DNA of 63,821 nucleotides, filler included, from Octopus bimaculoides (Eukaryota), in the NCBI RefSeq assembly GCF_001194135.2. It is 6 parts of 6 records of this genome, joined end to end, with 100 filler letters (N's around TTAATTAATTAA, not from the genome) between each part and the next. Parts side by side here need not be neighbours in the genome. Positions count along the whole stretch, not along the records: positions 1 to 10,660 come from NC_068981.1; positions 10,761 to 13,891 come from NC_068982.1; 4 more parts are not named here. One strand, written 5' to 3'. A model generated the notes under the pieces. That model saw only the letters and a program-made list of their open reading frames with translations. It had not been told where the DNA came from and made no database searches. The position numbers were made by a program, and so were the translations under genes. Below, piece after piece: positions 1 through 12,979 of this stretch. Positions within the stretch are counted from its first letter, which is position 1; the number at the start of each line of letters is the position of its first letter.

Positions 1-88
<88 letters not shown>
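1..88. repeat. Compound microsatellite (ATG)n-(ATA)n
   Basis: Directly visible trinucleotide arrays. Confidence 0.98.
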
Positions 89-89
<1 letters not shown>

Positions 90-91
<2 letters not shown>

Positions 92-135
92 CTAGCTGAA
101 CCCGTGAAAAATTCACGGGAAACATAAAAATTGTA
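90..135 (+). mobile_element. Possible Helitron/Helentron-like terminus
   Basis: ACTAG followed by hairpin CCCGTGAA-aaa-TTCACGGG (101-119); short, assignment is inference. Confidence 0.3.
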
Positions 136-169
136 AGCATCTGTAAACAGTGTACTGGTGCCATGTTTG

Positions 170-320
170 TATATTATGACCATCTGTCTTTACGTTCTGA
201 ATTCAAATTCTGCCGAGATCGAATTTTCCTTTCGTCCTTCCGGGGTCGATAAATTAAGTATCAGTTGTGTACTGGGGTTGATCTAATCAACTGCCCCCTC
301 TCCACAAAAGATTCAAGCCT
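170..320 (+). mobile_element. SINE family A fragment
   Basis: Matches the B-box and central segment (TTCAAATTC..GGGGTCGATAAATTAAGTA) of the 22655-22888 copy. Confidence 0.8.
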
Positions 321-1023
321 AGAAAAGTATGTTGCGACAGTTACAGAATATAGAAAGTAATGTAACACCAATGATTATATAATCCAACCAAAATATCTCA
401 GTTCCACAAACGTAGACGGAATTACTATTTAACCTTAAAATACATCGTACATATTCAAAGAACCTTAATGTACAAATTGAAATGCAAAAGAATGAAATAA
501 TAAATAGATTTATGAATGAAAGTTTGGTAATTGCGTTTGTTTCCACCATGCGACACTTATTCTTGCAAACATGTTTTAACTAAGCTAAACTATACACACA
601 CAAATACTTTCATATGTATATGTCTTGAGTTGTAGCTGTAATTCAAAGGGGCCAGCGTTGTCATATTCTGTGTAAGGCTGAATCTCCCTGAGATTTACGT
701 TAATGTTATGCATGTATGTGGAGTACTCAGCCATTTGTGAGTTAATTTTATCCTCATGTGTTCATGAAAAGTGAAATTGGCATCCAATATTTGCTGTGTG
801 TATGAATCAATGTCTGAACTTTTCTTTGAATCTATGTATCTGCTGTCTCTCTCACTTTCTCTCTTTCTCTTTCTTTCACGTCCTTTGTGTCTCTCTTCTC
901 TCTCGCTTTTGATCTAACATTGTGTATATGTATCTACTTCTCTTGCGATATTATAAACATTTAAAAACACAAGAAACCCTCTCTGAAACATTTAAAAACA
1001 CAAAACGAACGCTGTCACGAACG

Positions 1024-1055
<32 letters not shown>

Positions 1056-1150
1056 TCTTCTCTGTCCTCCCCTCTCTCACTTTGCCACTTTGAAGTAAGT
1101 GTGACGCACACAACAGGTACGTACAAAAACAAAAAGCGTATTAATATTAC

Positions 1151-1161
1151 TGATGATGATG

Positions 1162-1259
<98 letters not shown>

Positions 1260-1313
1260 AAGAAGAAGAAGAAGAAGAAGAAGAAGAAGAAGAAGAAGAA
1301 GAAGAAGAAGAAG
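1151..1313. repeat. Compound microsatellite (GAT)n-(AAT)n-(AAG)n
   Basis: Directly visible. Confidence 0.98.
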
Positions 1314-1431
1314 ACACAGAGAGCGCAAACCTCCGCCAAGGCAACACCAACGTCCTCTTAACGATTAGCCGGAGATGATTTTAAAATGATAATATATGAA
1401 ATAAACTCGACTGTTCTCGCAAACGAGAATA

Positions 1432-1800
1432 CTAAAAATGAACCCGACTGCTCTCAAAAATTAAGTAAAACAACCGGAAAAATAATCCAGAATCCTTGTC
1501 TGGTACCTGATTGATCCCAATGGTAGTTATAAAATATGAAGGTGGGTGTGCGGCCGTGTTTGTGACGCTGTATGTGTATCGTCTGCAGTGGGGATTGGGA
1601 CAGTTTTCTCTATGAAGGACTTTTTTTAGTCTATCCACTGATATAGTATTTTTACGACCGTTAAGGTCTATAGTGAAAAATTTATCAGAGCGTGAAAGAA
1701 AACGCAAAGGATCTTCATACGGTGCTGTTAACGGAGGTTTAACAACATCGTTGCACACAAAGACGCGAGTCCAAGAAGTAAATCTTCCTTCAAGGCAGAG
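1432..1800 (-). mobile_element. Ty3/Gypsy pol fragment, integrase C-terminal region
   Basis: WTRVFVCNDVVKPPLTAPYEDPLRFLSRSDKFFTIDLNGRKNTISVDRLK resembles the Gypsy HVFVR..PLQPPYxGPF..VSVDRLK region; ends SSRVHF*. Confidence 0.8.
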
Positions 1801-2155
1801 CTAGAAATGCAATTGTCAAGTAGGTAAGAGGTTTTGAACAGTAGCGTTATATTCAAAATTGGTAAAACTAAAATTTGTCGAGGATGAATTAAATTTATTA
1901 TCGTTACTGATTATGTTAGTGTTATTTAATTTCTGAAGAGTTTTGCTGCCGTTTGTTTATGTAGTTTGATTTGTTTATCCCCCAGTCCCTACTAAGATAG
2001 AAACGCGAGTAAAATTAATAACAGAGAAACGAAAAAAAAACTTTGTAAACAACAACTCCGCCATAACTTACTTGGAAACCATGAGCGTGCTTTGAAGGGA
2101 GATAATCAGACAAAGATTTGAAAGTGAACGTAAGATCATAATACTTCATGTAAAA

Positions 2156-3846
2156 CAAAGGTTCTCAACCCATTTTGGCCAAACGCCCCCTTTTAACCCT
2201 TGGAGTCACAAATGCTCCCTCCCATAGAAAATATATATATTTTTTTTCAATATACTACTTATACAGATAATGATTAAAAAATGAAGGACGTTGTTTTACA
2301 TACGCATTTGCATGCAATAGGGAGGACAGATGTACAAGTTGAAATGCCAAAAAAAAATAATAATAATAAATAAATAATAAATAGAAAGTTTGGTACAAGT
2401 AAATGCCAGTGAAATCATTTCAAACCTTTCTGATTTCCATTATCAAAACAGCTAGAACTTGTGCAACAATCTGACATATAAGTAATTGTCACCTGGAAAG
2501 AGGACTTTTATGCTCAGGAAAGAGAGTGTATTTGATAGAAATTGTTGAAATACATATGTACTTCATATGAGTAGCAAATTGTGGAGGATGGTACTCACTG
2601 TACATGGATCTAGTTAGTTTGAGTCACAAAATCAGCCCCCTTTTAAAACGACATGAAAAAATCTGAAAATTTGTCATATTAAACATTCATTTCTTATTTA
2701 GGATCTAGTTTTGGTTCATTCACAAAATCTGCATTTTTTAAAAGAAGTAAAAATATCTGAAAATTGGTTATCTTGATGCAGTTTTCCACGCTTATTCCTA
2801 TGAAGCCATGAACTTCTGGGGAAAAAAATTGACACATTTTTTTTTAATTCGTGGTTTTAAAATACAGACAGTTCGAATCTACCAGTCGTTTCTCTTTAAA
2901 ATTTCTAAATAATTTTTCAAATACTTCAAAATCAAAATTGCGTAAATATGTGTGCTAGAAACAGTAGTTAAAAATTAAGGAAATAGATTTTTGGGAGATC
3001 TCTTCTTATGACTGACTTTTATTCCATTATTCTAATAGCTTCTGAAACTTATACATATACATGTATAAATGCATACAGAAACATACACACACACAGAGAG
3101 ATTTTTACAGAGTTAGTTTTATATATATCCTTGTATATATATAAATATTTCGGCATATCTACACAATTATGCCCCAAAGATTTGCTTCTTCATAACCTCG
3201 AGAAAATTAAATAGTTCTTTTCTACAAATATGCTTGAAATCGTGTAGATTCTGATTAAATTCGAATTCATTGTGAAAACCGTTTGTCCCTAAAGGAGTTT
3301 TAGAAAATTCACACCATTATATATGTATGTATACGTGGGTGTATACGTAGGTGTATACGTATTGTTTTCATTATATCTTTATACACGCGCATACACAAAT
3401 AAAAACTGGCACACTGTTGGTTAGGACAATCACAAGTATCCAAAACTTCTTCACCACTCTTCTAACTTCATTTTTCTAAAAAGAAGGCTTTCGTCTACTT
3501 GGATTATATGTTGTACCACTGCATGGATGTCCAGCTGCTAATATTGTTGTTGGACATGCAGCATGTCACTGGCATTTCACATATAAAGTCCAGGATTATG
3601 TGAAAAAATGTGAAGACCGTCAATTGACTTTCTTTCATAAAAGTATTAAAAATTATTTGGAAATTATAATGAGAAACTAATGGTAGATTCGGACTGTCCG
3701 CATTTTAAAACCACGAATTAAAAATAAAATGGGTGGGGTGCATAATCAAAGACAGAATCGAAAAAACTGCTTTGAAAATTCTTAAAAATAAAGAAGTTAT
3801 GAGGGATTTTAGCAAGTGCTTACAACATAATTCAGCCCATTCATGT

Positions 3847-3883
<37 letters not shown>

Positions 3884-4377
3884 GAGGTATCTGTTTTTCC
3901 TTTAGTTTTTGTTTACTTATATACATCAACAAATGAGCCAATGAGATACTCTCTGTGTCGTTGTTCAATTTGCTAGAAATAACAACCAGATCTCTCTCAT
4001 ACTATACTCTTGTTAGTGTCAAAGAAAGGGAAAATGTTTACTCCTCTCCATTATTACGATTAAAGTTAATATTTTTGATTTTTTTCGGCTCTGTGAATTT
4101 CATTTTATCAAATGCTTCCGTCCATTGCTTGATACAGAAAATTGGAAAATCCTGACCAAAACTTTAAAATTCTAACTCAACAAAAAATATGGAAAGAGAA
4201 AGAAAAGGTTCTGTTTTCCAAAGCCAAAAGATGTGTCTTTAGCTGTGGTGTAATTTTAATTAAAACAAAATGAAAATCTAAATTTCAGAACATAAGACTT
4301 ACCACGTTATCTAGTGTATGGCCGCAGTTCAAATGGCTACAAAACCTAAAACAAATGTACGTGTTGTGTATGTGTGC

Positions 4378-4467
<90 letters not shown>

Positions 4468-4945
4468 GAGAGAGAGATAGAGGTTGGGTCTTTAATAGCC
4501 AGGGGTCAATTTAAGTTCAATCGCAGAAAGGAATTCAAAACAGCAACACATATACATACAAATATACATACAAACATACCCATATATACTCACACATACA
4601 CAAATACATACCAATCAGTAACTCCCAAAAGCCACTTTGATCCAAAATTCTGACCACCATTCTTTATATATTTGCACACAAACACACACACATTCAGCTT
4701 TCCGCCTTTATTCATTACTTTTTTTTAGTCGTCTTTCACTATTCATCTGTTTTTAGTTTTTGTTTTTGTTTTGGAGGTTTCACTTTAGCGACACCAGTTA
4801 CACATGGTATCGTCAAAGTGGAAAAAGTGTAGCACCTTCCAAGTCTTTTAACGCGCCCCTAGTACCCCTTTGCTCCAAAACATCCCTTTCGAGTTGCAAA
4901 GCCCCCCACCCCACCGGTCCATATGGCCCCCGTTGAGAACCTTTG
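2156..4945. mobile_element. Non-autonomous hAT (Buster/Charlie-like) element, 2.8 kb
   Basis: Perfect 14-bp TIR CAAAGGTTCTCAAC (2156-2169) / GTTGAGAACCTTTG (4932-4945); 8-bp TSD ATGTAAAA / ATGTAAAG with central TA. Confidence 0.7.
4371..4478. repeat. (TG)n-(AG)n microsatellite
   Basis: Directly visible. Confidence 0.97.
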
Positions 4946-5289
4946 ATGTAAAGTGAATATAACAAATAATCTAGAATCATTGCCCGGTACCGGATAGTTC
5001 CCAAAATTTAACCAGTTCGTGCCAGTCAAAAGGTCAAACATCCCTGAAAGTTTCATCCGAATCCATCTAGCAGTTATTGAGATCTCTTATCCATGGACAG
5101 ACAAACAAAGAAATACGACTGAAAACAATATATCCGCTTTCGCTAAGGAGGAGATAATAATAATAATCCTTTCTACTATAGGCACAAGACCTGAAATTTG
5201 TGAGTGGGGGATAGTCGATTACATTGAATCCAGTACTCAACTGGTACTTATTTTTTCGACCCCAGTTTGTTGTAAGTTTGTTGCGTTGT

Positions 5290-7075
5290 TTTTATAATTT
5301 TTATGTGAACAACGGTGTTAATCGGGGTTGCAATGCATTCTTGTAGAGTAGTTTTTGTGCATTTTTGATTGTTTTATTAAGTTTATGTTGTTTGTGTCCA
5401 TGGTAGTGCCTTGGGAGTACTGTTCCTGTTGTTCGTCTGCTGAGGTGCTTGTACCGTTGATGGTGCTTGTAGTGTTCGAGATGTTTGTTATTACGTTAGT
5501 GTAAGGTGTGTGAGTGTGTGATAGTTTGTTGGTTTCTGTGCCTCCTCCTCTAAACTCTTTGTGCTTTTCATTTTGTAATTTTTTCTTTTTTTCTTTCACC
5601 AGGATCCATTCTGCTGGGTTTCCAAGAATCTTCTCACTAAATGAGTTTTCACAGTCAGAAAAATTTGTGCCAGAAGGCAGAGGTATGTCTGCACAGTCGC
5701 ACATTTCTAGGCTGGTGGTCTGGTCTGGTCTGGTCAGGTCTGGTCAAGGTGAGGCTTCTCTCGGTTGCAATGGTGTCAGTTTCGTTTTAGTTTTTCTCGG
5801 GTGTTGTACCGGTGCTTGCTGGTGATGTTGTTGAATGGATTTCTCCTGCTGTTCGTTCTGTCAATGCTATGGTTGTTTTGGTTTTGGAAGCTGATACTTT
5901 TGGTACTGATGTTGCTGGTGCTGTTGTTTTGTTGCTGCTGTTTGTGTTAGAGATGTCTACTGCAGAGGGATTTTTTCTTTTCTTTGCGGGGGGCAGAAAG
6001 CTTTTAAATGATTTGTTTCGCCATTACTGTGATATCTTGACTTTCTGCCCTGTAAAGCTACAAATAACTGTGTTCCATTAGGTAGGTTGATCAGATCAGG
6101 AATGGCTTCGATACCTACTGGATCAGGATATAACCACAATTCTACGCCGTGCTTGACCAATTCTCCTTTCCTATTTTGTGGACTGACAGAATTTTTATTT
6201 TCTCTTCTATGCCGTATAATACGGTTGTTACTAGAAAAGAGGTGTCCACTTCGCACCTCTGCTACCTTTATTTTGGCTATCCTCCATCCGAGGTATGTCG
6301 AAATTGGCCATAATTCCTCACTTTTGATGGTTGTTGTGGAATTTTCTATGACTAATTCTTCAGTTGAGAATCTTACTTCAGCTGTGCCGAAGCGTCTCCC
6401 ATGAGTGACATAAGTTTCTAAGCCCCAGGCTGGTCTCAAGCATATTTCAATTGGAGCCTGCTTCTCTCACTCCAGTCTCCTGTTTTTTAATGATATACAT
6501 TTATATATGGTTTATCTCTTAGTGCTCTCTTGCACATCTTCCGGTGTGTTAAGGAAGACTGTTCTGCCATTCTTTGTTAAGCGCAGCTTAGCGCCGTTCA
6601 ACATTTTTTCAGTCAACTCGACTCTTTTCATTTTCCGACAAGCTTGTGCGAAATCGTACCCATTCTGCTTACAAAAAAGAATGGCCGCTGATGTGGTTTT
6701 ATTAATGTTTGTGGTGATGGTAGCGCTGGGGTTGGAGACGGTGATGGAGGTCGTACTTGCGTCATTTTTAAATATATTTTGCACGTCGCTGATACTGCTT
6801 CTACTGTTATTCTTGTTGTTATTCTTGCTGCTGTTGCTGTTGTGTTGCTGTTGCTGCTACTGCTCTACTGCTGTCTTTGCTTCGTTTTTCGCCCAACATA
6901 ATCAGTGGTAGAGAAAAAATGGCATTGCCGCCATTCAAACAGCCATCGCTTCCCTCGGTTTGGGAAACTATTTTGATGTTTTTTGTTTTAAGATATTAGG
7001 TTTGCAATACCAACAAATGAAACAATAAAATTTTAAAGAAAACTTACGAGCCACGAACAAGCGTGCGCCCGTCAA
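5290..7075 (-). mobile_element. Degenerate ORF1 (gag-like) region of an L1/Tx1-type non-LTR retrotransposon
   Basis: ORFs 6512-6784 and 5957-6439; decayed CCHC knuckle QGRKSRYHSNGETNHLKAFCP; Thr-rich low-complexity flanks. Confidence 0.6.
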
Positions 7076-8074
7076 TTCCAAACACGAATAACAACAACAA
7101 CATCAACAACAATAATACACACATACATGAATTTATGCATTCACGTGTGTGCACTCACGCACACAATTTTCAATGATTTTAAGGGAAATTTTTTTTATTT
7201 ATTCATTGCTCGCTTTGGAAGTCTATATCAAAATATTTAGTGAAGGCAAATATTGTAGACACTTAGCAGATATGGGTATACGTGTTTTATCTCGCCCCAT
7301 ATCTTTCTTTTATTGATTTCTGTCTGTGTATGTTTATATAGAACTAAGGAATTTCTACTTTGGCAGTTTAGATTTCCTTTTGAAAATGCATGTCGAACTT
7401 TAGAAAAATATGACGTGGAGGCGTGATATGTATAACCGGATATCAAAACTACTGTGTTAAGATTTGCACTAAATAAATATATAAACATTTATGAAATACT
7501 CATATTTCATTAAAATTAGGGCAAATTTTCCAATTATACAACAGCTTGTGCGCGTGCGTATGCATGTGTTTAAATGCCATTACTCTCGAGGTCGTTGGCA
7601 TTGCCCATTCGTATGGAACGCGTATATCTACATGTAAAAATGAATGTGTGCGTATGTGCATGCGTGCATGTTTTTATCTAAAAACTGGTACGACGATTGT
7701 TTCAACCTCAGGTCATTATTAAGTGCAATATTCCAAGCCATCACTCTCTTATAACAGTTAAGAAAATCACCACCAACTGTTAATCAAGCTATAAGTAACA
7801 ATTATTGAGTAATATTATAGTGATGCTGAAAATAAATACTGAGAATTATTATGGTTATAGTACAAAATAAGGATATTAAATTTACTTGCTTCTGTAAACA
7901 TGTTAAAGGAACTTATTCCTGTTTATTTGTTTTATTATTGGTGCTAACGATGGATAAAAAACTCCCATCGGTCATGAATGATCGTAGGACTGCACCTAGA
8001 AAGTTCCCCTCCAAGCAAAATAATATTTTATACTATAACAGATAATATACTATACGAACGGTTACAATATTATA

Positions 8075-8476
8075 AATAATTCTTTCTAATTATAGTACAG
8101 GCCAGCAAGTTTGAGGAGAGGGATAAAGATGATTACATCGATTCCGTACTTAACCGACACTTTACCGAAAACCGAAAGGATGAAATGTTAATTTGACCTC
8201 GTCGGCATTTGAACACAGGACTAAAGAGCCAGAAGAAATGCCACTAAGGATTTCTTCTGACGCACTAACAATTTTGTCATTTCACCACTTTAATAAAAAC
8301 AAAAACAACAATATTATTATAATATTATAATCCTTTCTACCGGCGGCACAAGGCCTGAAATTTGTAGGATAAGGTAGTTGACCTCGATGGAATTTGAACT
8401 CATAACGTAGCAACGGGCGAAATACCGATAAGCATTTCGTCCAGCGTGCTAACGATTCTGCCAGTTCGCCGCCTTA
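8075..8476 (-). mobile_element. Two adjacent degenerate SINE A copies
   Basis: Head motif (rc GGCGGCGAACTGGCAGAATCGTTAGC) and AGGCACAAGGCCTGAAATT tail. Confidence 0.8.
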
Positions 8477-8639
8477 AATAATAATAATAATAACCACAAA
8501 GGGTTTACATCAAGAAAAACATTATGAACGGCACAAGGCAAAAAATTGAATGTATGTGTGTATGTGTGTATGTGTGCGTGTGTGTTGCTATTATTGTTGT
8601 TGTTGCTGTTGTTGTGATGAAGGTTTTGCATGTAAACAG

Positions 8640-9862
8640 CTTTAACGTAAAACAATTAAAACATTTTAACAATGTGTAACCCCCAATAGGGAGAAGATGT
8701 TCGAGGGCTAAACATAGAAAAACTCTAGAAAGCCACAGATGCCCTGACTTTTGGAACAGGTGCCTTTTCTCAGTTCCTTATCTCCGATTTACAGGCGTAT
8801 GCTCAAAGCAGGTCTGTTCGCTCTTACCACACTCGCTATTTTCATCTACATTTCAACAACATGGCTAGAAGGTAACACTTCCCTCTCCAATCTTAATTTC
8901 CTCTTCAAGTGAAACTTGAAGAAGTTGAGAGATTGGCCAAAGAAGAAAGTGATTGTCTTCAGCGCCTTCAATCGGGTCCACCATACAACCTCTTTCCCCA
9001 TAGCCACCAGGCATATAAAAACTGCCTGCTCTTCCCTGTTAAAAGAAAGCGGCAGGGAGATCTTCACGATTATTTCAGTTGATATTCGGATTCGTCCCAC
9101 ACGCGACAGCAGGTGTTCGACATTAACCCACAGGTCAGCAATGCTCGGGCACTGGACGAAAGTATGCAGGACGGTTTCGTCTCTCCGCACGCATCTCGGA
9201 CATGCTCGGCAAATGGCACTTCCGTGCCTGTAGAGTTTATCTCGAACCGGAAAATCTCCCCGGTAGCACAGCCAGGCCAAGGATTTCTGGAAGTTACCCA
9301 TCGGTCTCGGGCCGAAAGTTTTCCTGAAGAAAGCAGCTAGATGATTCTCTTCGACTGCCGGACCATTGGAAGGCGTGCGTTCCACAAGAAGCGAAAGAGT
9401 ATGCGCTCTAGTACAATCAGAAGGAACCGGGACAAGGTAGTAGATGACGATCGTGATGTATGCGTTAGCCACCTCTTCCATACCTTTCAGGGATAGCTTC
9501 CGCTCTGCCCATTTTGGGGTGAGAGTAATCCCCCTGCTCGTTCCAGTTTTTGTCCATGTGGAAGTCCGGACCGAACCAGACCCCAAGCAGTTTAACCGGT
9601 CCGCCAGCGTCAAACAACGCAGTTGGATGGCATAGACTCCAGGTGGCGAGCCGCAAGCCCACTGACTTTTTATGATTAATTTTCACTCCTGATACTACCT
9701 TGTAGTCTCTGAGAGCGTTGCTGATTATTTCAATGTGTTTATTTTTCGACAACACAACGGTGACATCGTTGGCATATCCCGACACGGATCTCCCACACCT
9801 TAGGTCACGCGGGAAGCCCCTCGACGTTTCCAGCTTATGTAGTAGTGGCTCGAGAGTCAGTG
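8640..9862 (-). mobile_element. 5'-truncated L1/Tx1-clade LINE: RT C-terminus, zinc finger and 3' UTR
   Basis: ALTLEPLL, YANDVTVVLS (YADD-like), KLLGVWFGP, CPRC..ETVLHTFVQCP; frameshifted. Confidence 0.9.
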
Positions 9863-10414
9863 CGATAATAATAATGATAATAACCTCTATTTAATAATAG
9901 CCGATATAAATACTAGTTCAGTCAGACTTTATATTGTCGAGATGTATGATGAATGCACGTACAAGACTTGGTGGCAGGCAATCAGTGACTGAAAGCTCTA
10001 CATATACACACATGGTGTATATGTACAGAAACGGAGGAGAAAGAGGAGGGGCAGAGGTGGTATGCAAATATATGTAGAAAGAGAGCCAACCAGCCAGCCA
10101 AACAGACAGACAGTTTGTATGTAAACTTCCATAATGTAAAATCAATATGGAGAGTAAAGTTTGCTTTATTTTATTTTATCTATTTTAATTTTTTCAATTT
10201 TCAAATGTTTTGATATGGTATTTTAAAGCAATTAATATTTTTTTTTCTTTTGAAAATTAGTATTAATTCCATCATTTTGTATACGCATCAAGAAATTTGA
10301 TTAAGTTCAATTATAATTATTATACGTATACACCGTATTTCCTGATATTATGCGTGGGGACAAACCTATACTTCTAAAGTTACTCATCATATGGTAGGCA
10401 ACACTAATAAGAAC

Positions 10415-10637
10415 AGTAATAATCCTTTCTATTAAAGGCACAAGGCGTGAAATTTGTGAGGAGGGGACTAGTCGACTACATCAACCCCAGTGTTTCACTG
10501 GTACTTAATTTATCGAACTCGAAAGGATGAAAGGCAAAATCGACCTCGGCAGAATTTGAACACAAAACCTAAGGGCGGACAAAATACCGCTATGCATTTC
10601 GTCCGGCGTGCTAACGATTCTGCCAGATCAACGCCTT
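10415..10637 (-). mobile_element. SINE family A
   Basis: Full-length similarity to the other copies. Confidence 0.85.
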
Positions 10638-10660
10638 AAAAAAAGAAGAAGAAGAAGAAG

Positions 10661-10760
10661 NNNNNNNNNNNNNNNNNNNNNNNNNNNNNNNNNNNNNNNN
10701 NNNNTTAATTAATTAANNNNNNNNNNNNNNNNNNNNNNNNNNNNNNNNNNNNNNNNNNNN
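10661..10760. other. Assembly gap with six-frame-stop linker TTAATTAATTAA (also 13936, 33015, 52487, 62262)
   Basis: Identical 12-mer embedded in N runs five times. Confidence 0.95.
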
Positions 10761-10885
<125 letters not shown>

Positions 10886-11199
10886 ACATATATACGTAAA
10901 GCTAGAACATTCCAAAGCTACATGTATATCTGAACATTTGTAGAGTTGTAAAGATGAGCCACATTTGAATAAAAAATACATATTCTCTACCTTCAAACAT
11001 TTAAATTTTGGAGAGAATACTTTGATGAAGTCACGTGTGTGTGCGCGCGCGCGTGTGCTTGTTTGTGTTTGGAAACATGTCCATGTTTATACACTGCAAC
11101 TTCGATCATGCCTCTTTCAATTTCATGTTTTTGCATTTTATCGGGTCCGGTGCGTGACTTTGGTAGTTTCTTCCTAAAAAACGAATTTCGTTTCCATGT

Positions 11200-12480
11200 C
11201 TCCATTTTCTGATTTCGGCGTTCTGATTCCCATGTAGGCGGGAGGAGAGTTCATGTCTTTTATACGAATTCCGTTTGTTATAAGTTTTCTTTTCTTCCCA
11301 TCTTCCATGCTTTTTTCACCATTCAGGATATATGGGATTTTTGGTCGTAAAACGTGGGTTGCTTCAGTTATCATGATGATTATTATTCCTATTATAGTAC
11401 ATGTGCTGTCCGTATTTTATTTGTCTCTTTTGCCTTGTATTCATCCATCTAGAGTACATGTTGTTAAGGATTGGTGATTGTCTGTATGTTATTTGTCTTT
11501 CGTGTCTTTTTTCCTTTGTAGTTATCCATCTATGGTGTTTGAACTTATGGGTTGATGTTTGTCTTCTATATTTCATGTATTGGCTATTTGCAGTGTTATG
11601 TATTGTAGAATATGGGTATTTAGTCTGTACTTTGGGTGGGATAGAGGTCATTTCCGCGTACGTTCTTGGGTAATTACAGGTTCAATACCTCAGTCCGGTT
11701 CCTCTGGGGTTAGTGTTTGGTTTCGATTTCTTCATATTTTTTTGTTGTTGTGGTTTCGTTTTCATAATGAATTTGTCTCCATTGCTTGTTTTCATAGTTA
11801 GTGTTGTTAGTGTTGTTTTTCCCACATTTTTATGGATTTTTCTTCTTCCCGCTTTATGTCTTCTTTCCATAGATTTTGCAGGTTTTCATGACATTTATTT
11901 TCACTCCACTCAGCAATTTCAGCAAATATAACTGCGTCAATATGTTTTACTTTATTTTCGTGTCTTATTTTTCTTGATTGTAGAAGAGCGATTTCTGCTT
12001 CTAGTCGGCATAAAGCTAAATTCACACGTATCCGTGTCTCTTCCAATGATTCACTTCGTATTTCTTTAATAAGAAGTTTTCTGGGCAGGATTGAGCTTTC
12101 TTTGCTTCGCCAATTCTGGTAGGTGCTTTCTAGATTGTTGCATCGAATGCTTTTCCAACATGCATGTTTCCGTTGATTAAGAAGTTTCTACCAGAGATGT
12201 AATTTCAAGGTGTTTTGTTGTTGTTGTACCTACAGAGATTTGGATCCAAGTGAGTTTGTTCTTGTTAGTTTTTTGCTGTTCGTCTCCGTCGTTAGAGCAC
12301 CTTCTGTAAGGGTATCATTCACAGTTTTATCTGCATTGGTGAAGATTGTATCCAGTCTTGAAATAAGTTAATTCAACTTATCAGATATTTCTGTGAGAAG
12401 TTCTTCTGTAGTTTTGCTGTTTCTCGGCTACGAGTAGTTTGATTGTGATGCTTTCATTCTGGCGTCTTGTACACCAAGGG
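11200..12480 (-). mobile_element. Decayed ORF, probably retrotransposon-derived (clade not assigned)
   Basis: Stop-interrupted frame ..ILPRKLLIKEIRSESLEETRIRVNLALCRLEAEIALLQSRK..NLWKEDIKREEEKSIKMW; no splice signals. Confidence 0.4.
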
Positions 12481-12593
12481 AGATATGCATAGAATGTTAG
12501 GGGTGATGTATAGAAATTGAAAGAAATAAAAAGATTTTTTTCAAACTTCTCAATATTCAATTTCTGTACTCATCACACCTAACACTCTATACT

Positions 12594-12635
<42 letters not shown>

Positions 12636-12658
12636 CGTGCGTGCGTGTGTGTGTGTGT

Positions 12659-12699
<41 letters not shown>

Positions 12700-12979
12700 T
12701 AGATCGAAAAAGACGAAGAACAAACAAGAAAAAACAACAACGCGAGGACAGCGTACATGCAAAGTATTAGCAGACGCTCAGGGAAGGAAAGAAAGGTGGT
12801 TTTACGTTTCGAGCAAAGCTCTTCTTCAGCAACAGGATACAGAGGAAAGTCCAAGAGAAAAGGAAGAAGGAGGAAAAATCGCCAACGATTCACATGTGGT
12901 TACATATACTAGACCTACCCGCGACCGACTGGGTCACAACCACGCCAAGTTGAAAATGTCGATGCTTGAGGGCAAAGGA

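Noticed and set aside
992-1368. Homopolymeric ORFs (also those near 20400-21413, 24347-24845, 37618-38239 and 53535-54370)
   Set aside because: Produced by simple repeats and by N gaps that hide stop codons.
6632-6646. QACR peptide resembling the caspase active site QACRG
   Set aside because: Reads QACRK, lies inside a retroelement ORF1-like region, has no caspase context and is 45 kb from the CARD exon.
10705-10716. Recurrent palindromic TTAATTAATTAA (five copies)
   Set aside because: Always centred in N runs and has stops in all six frames, so it is an assembly linker, not biology.
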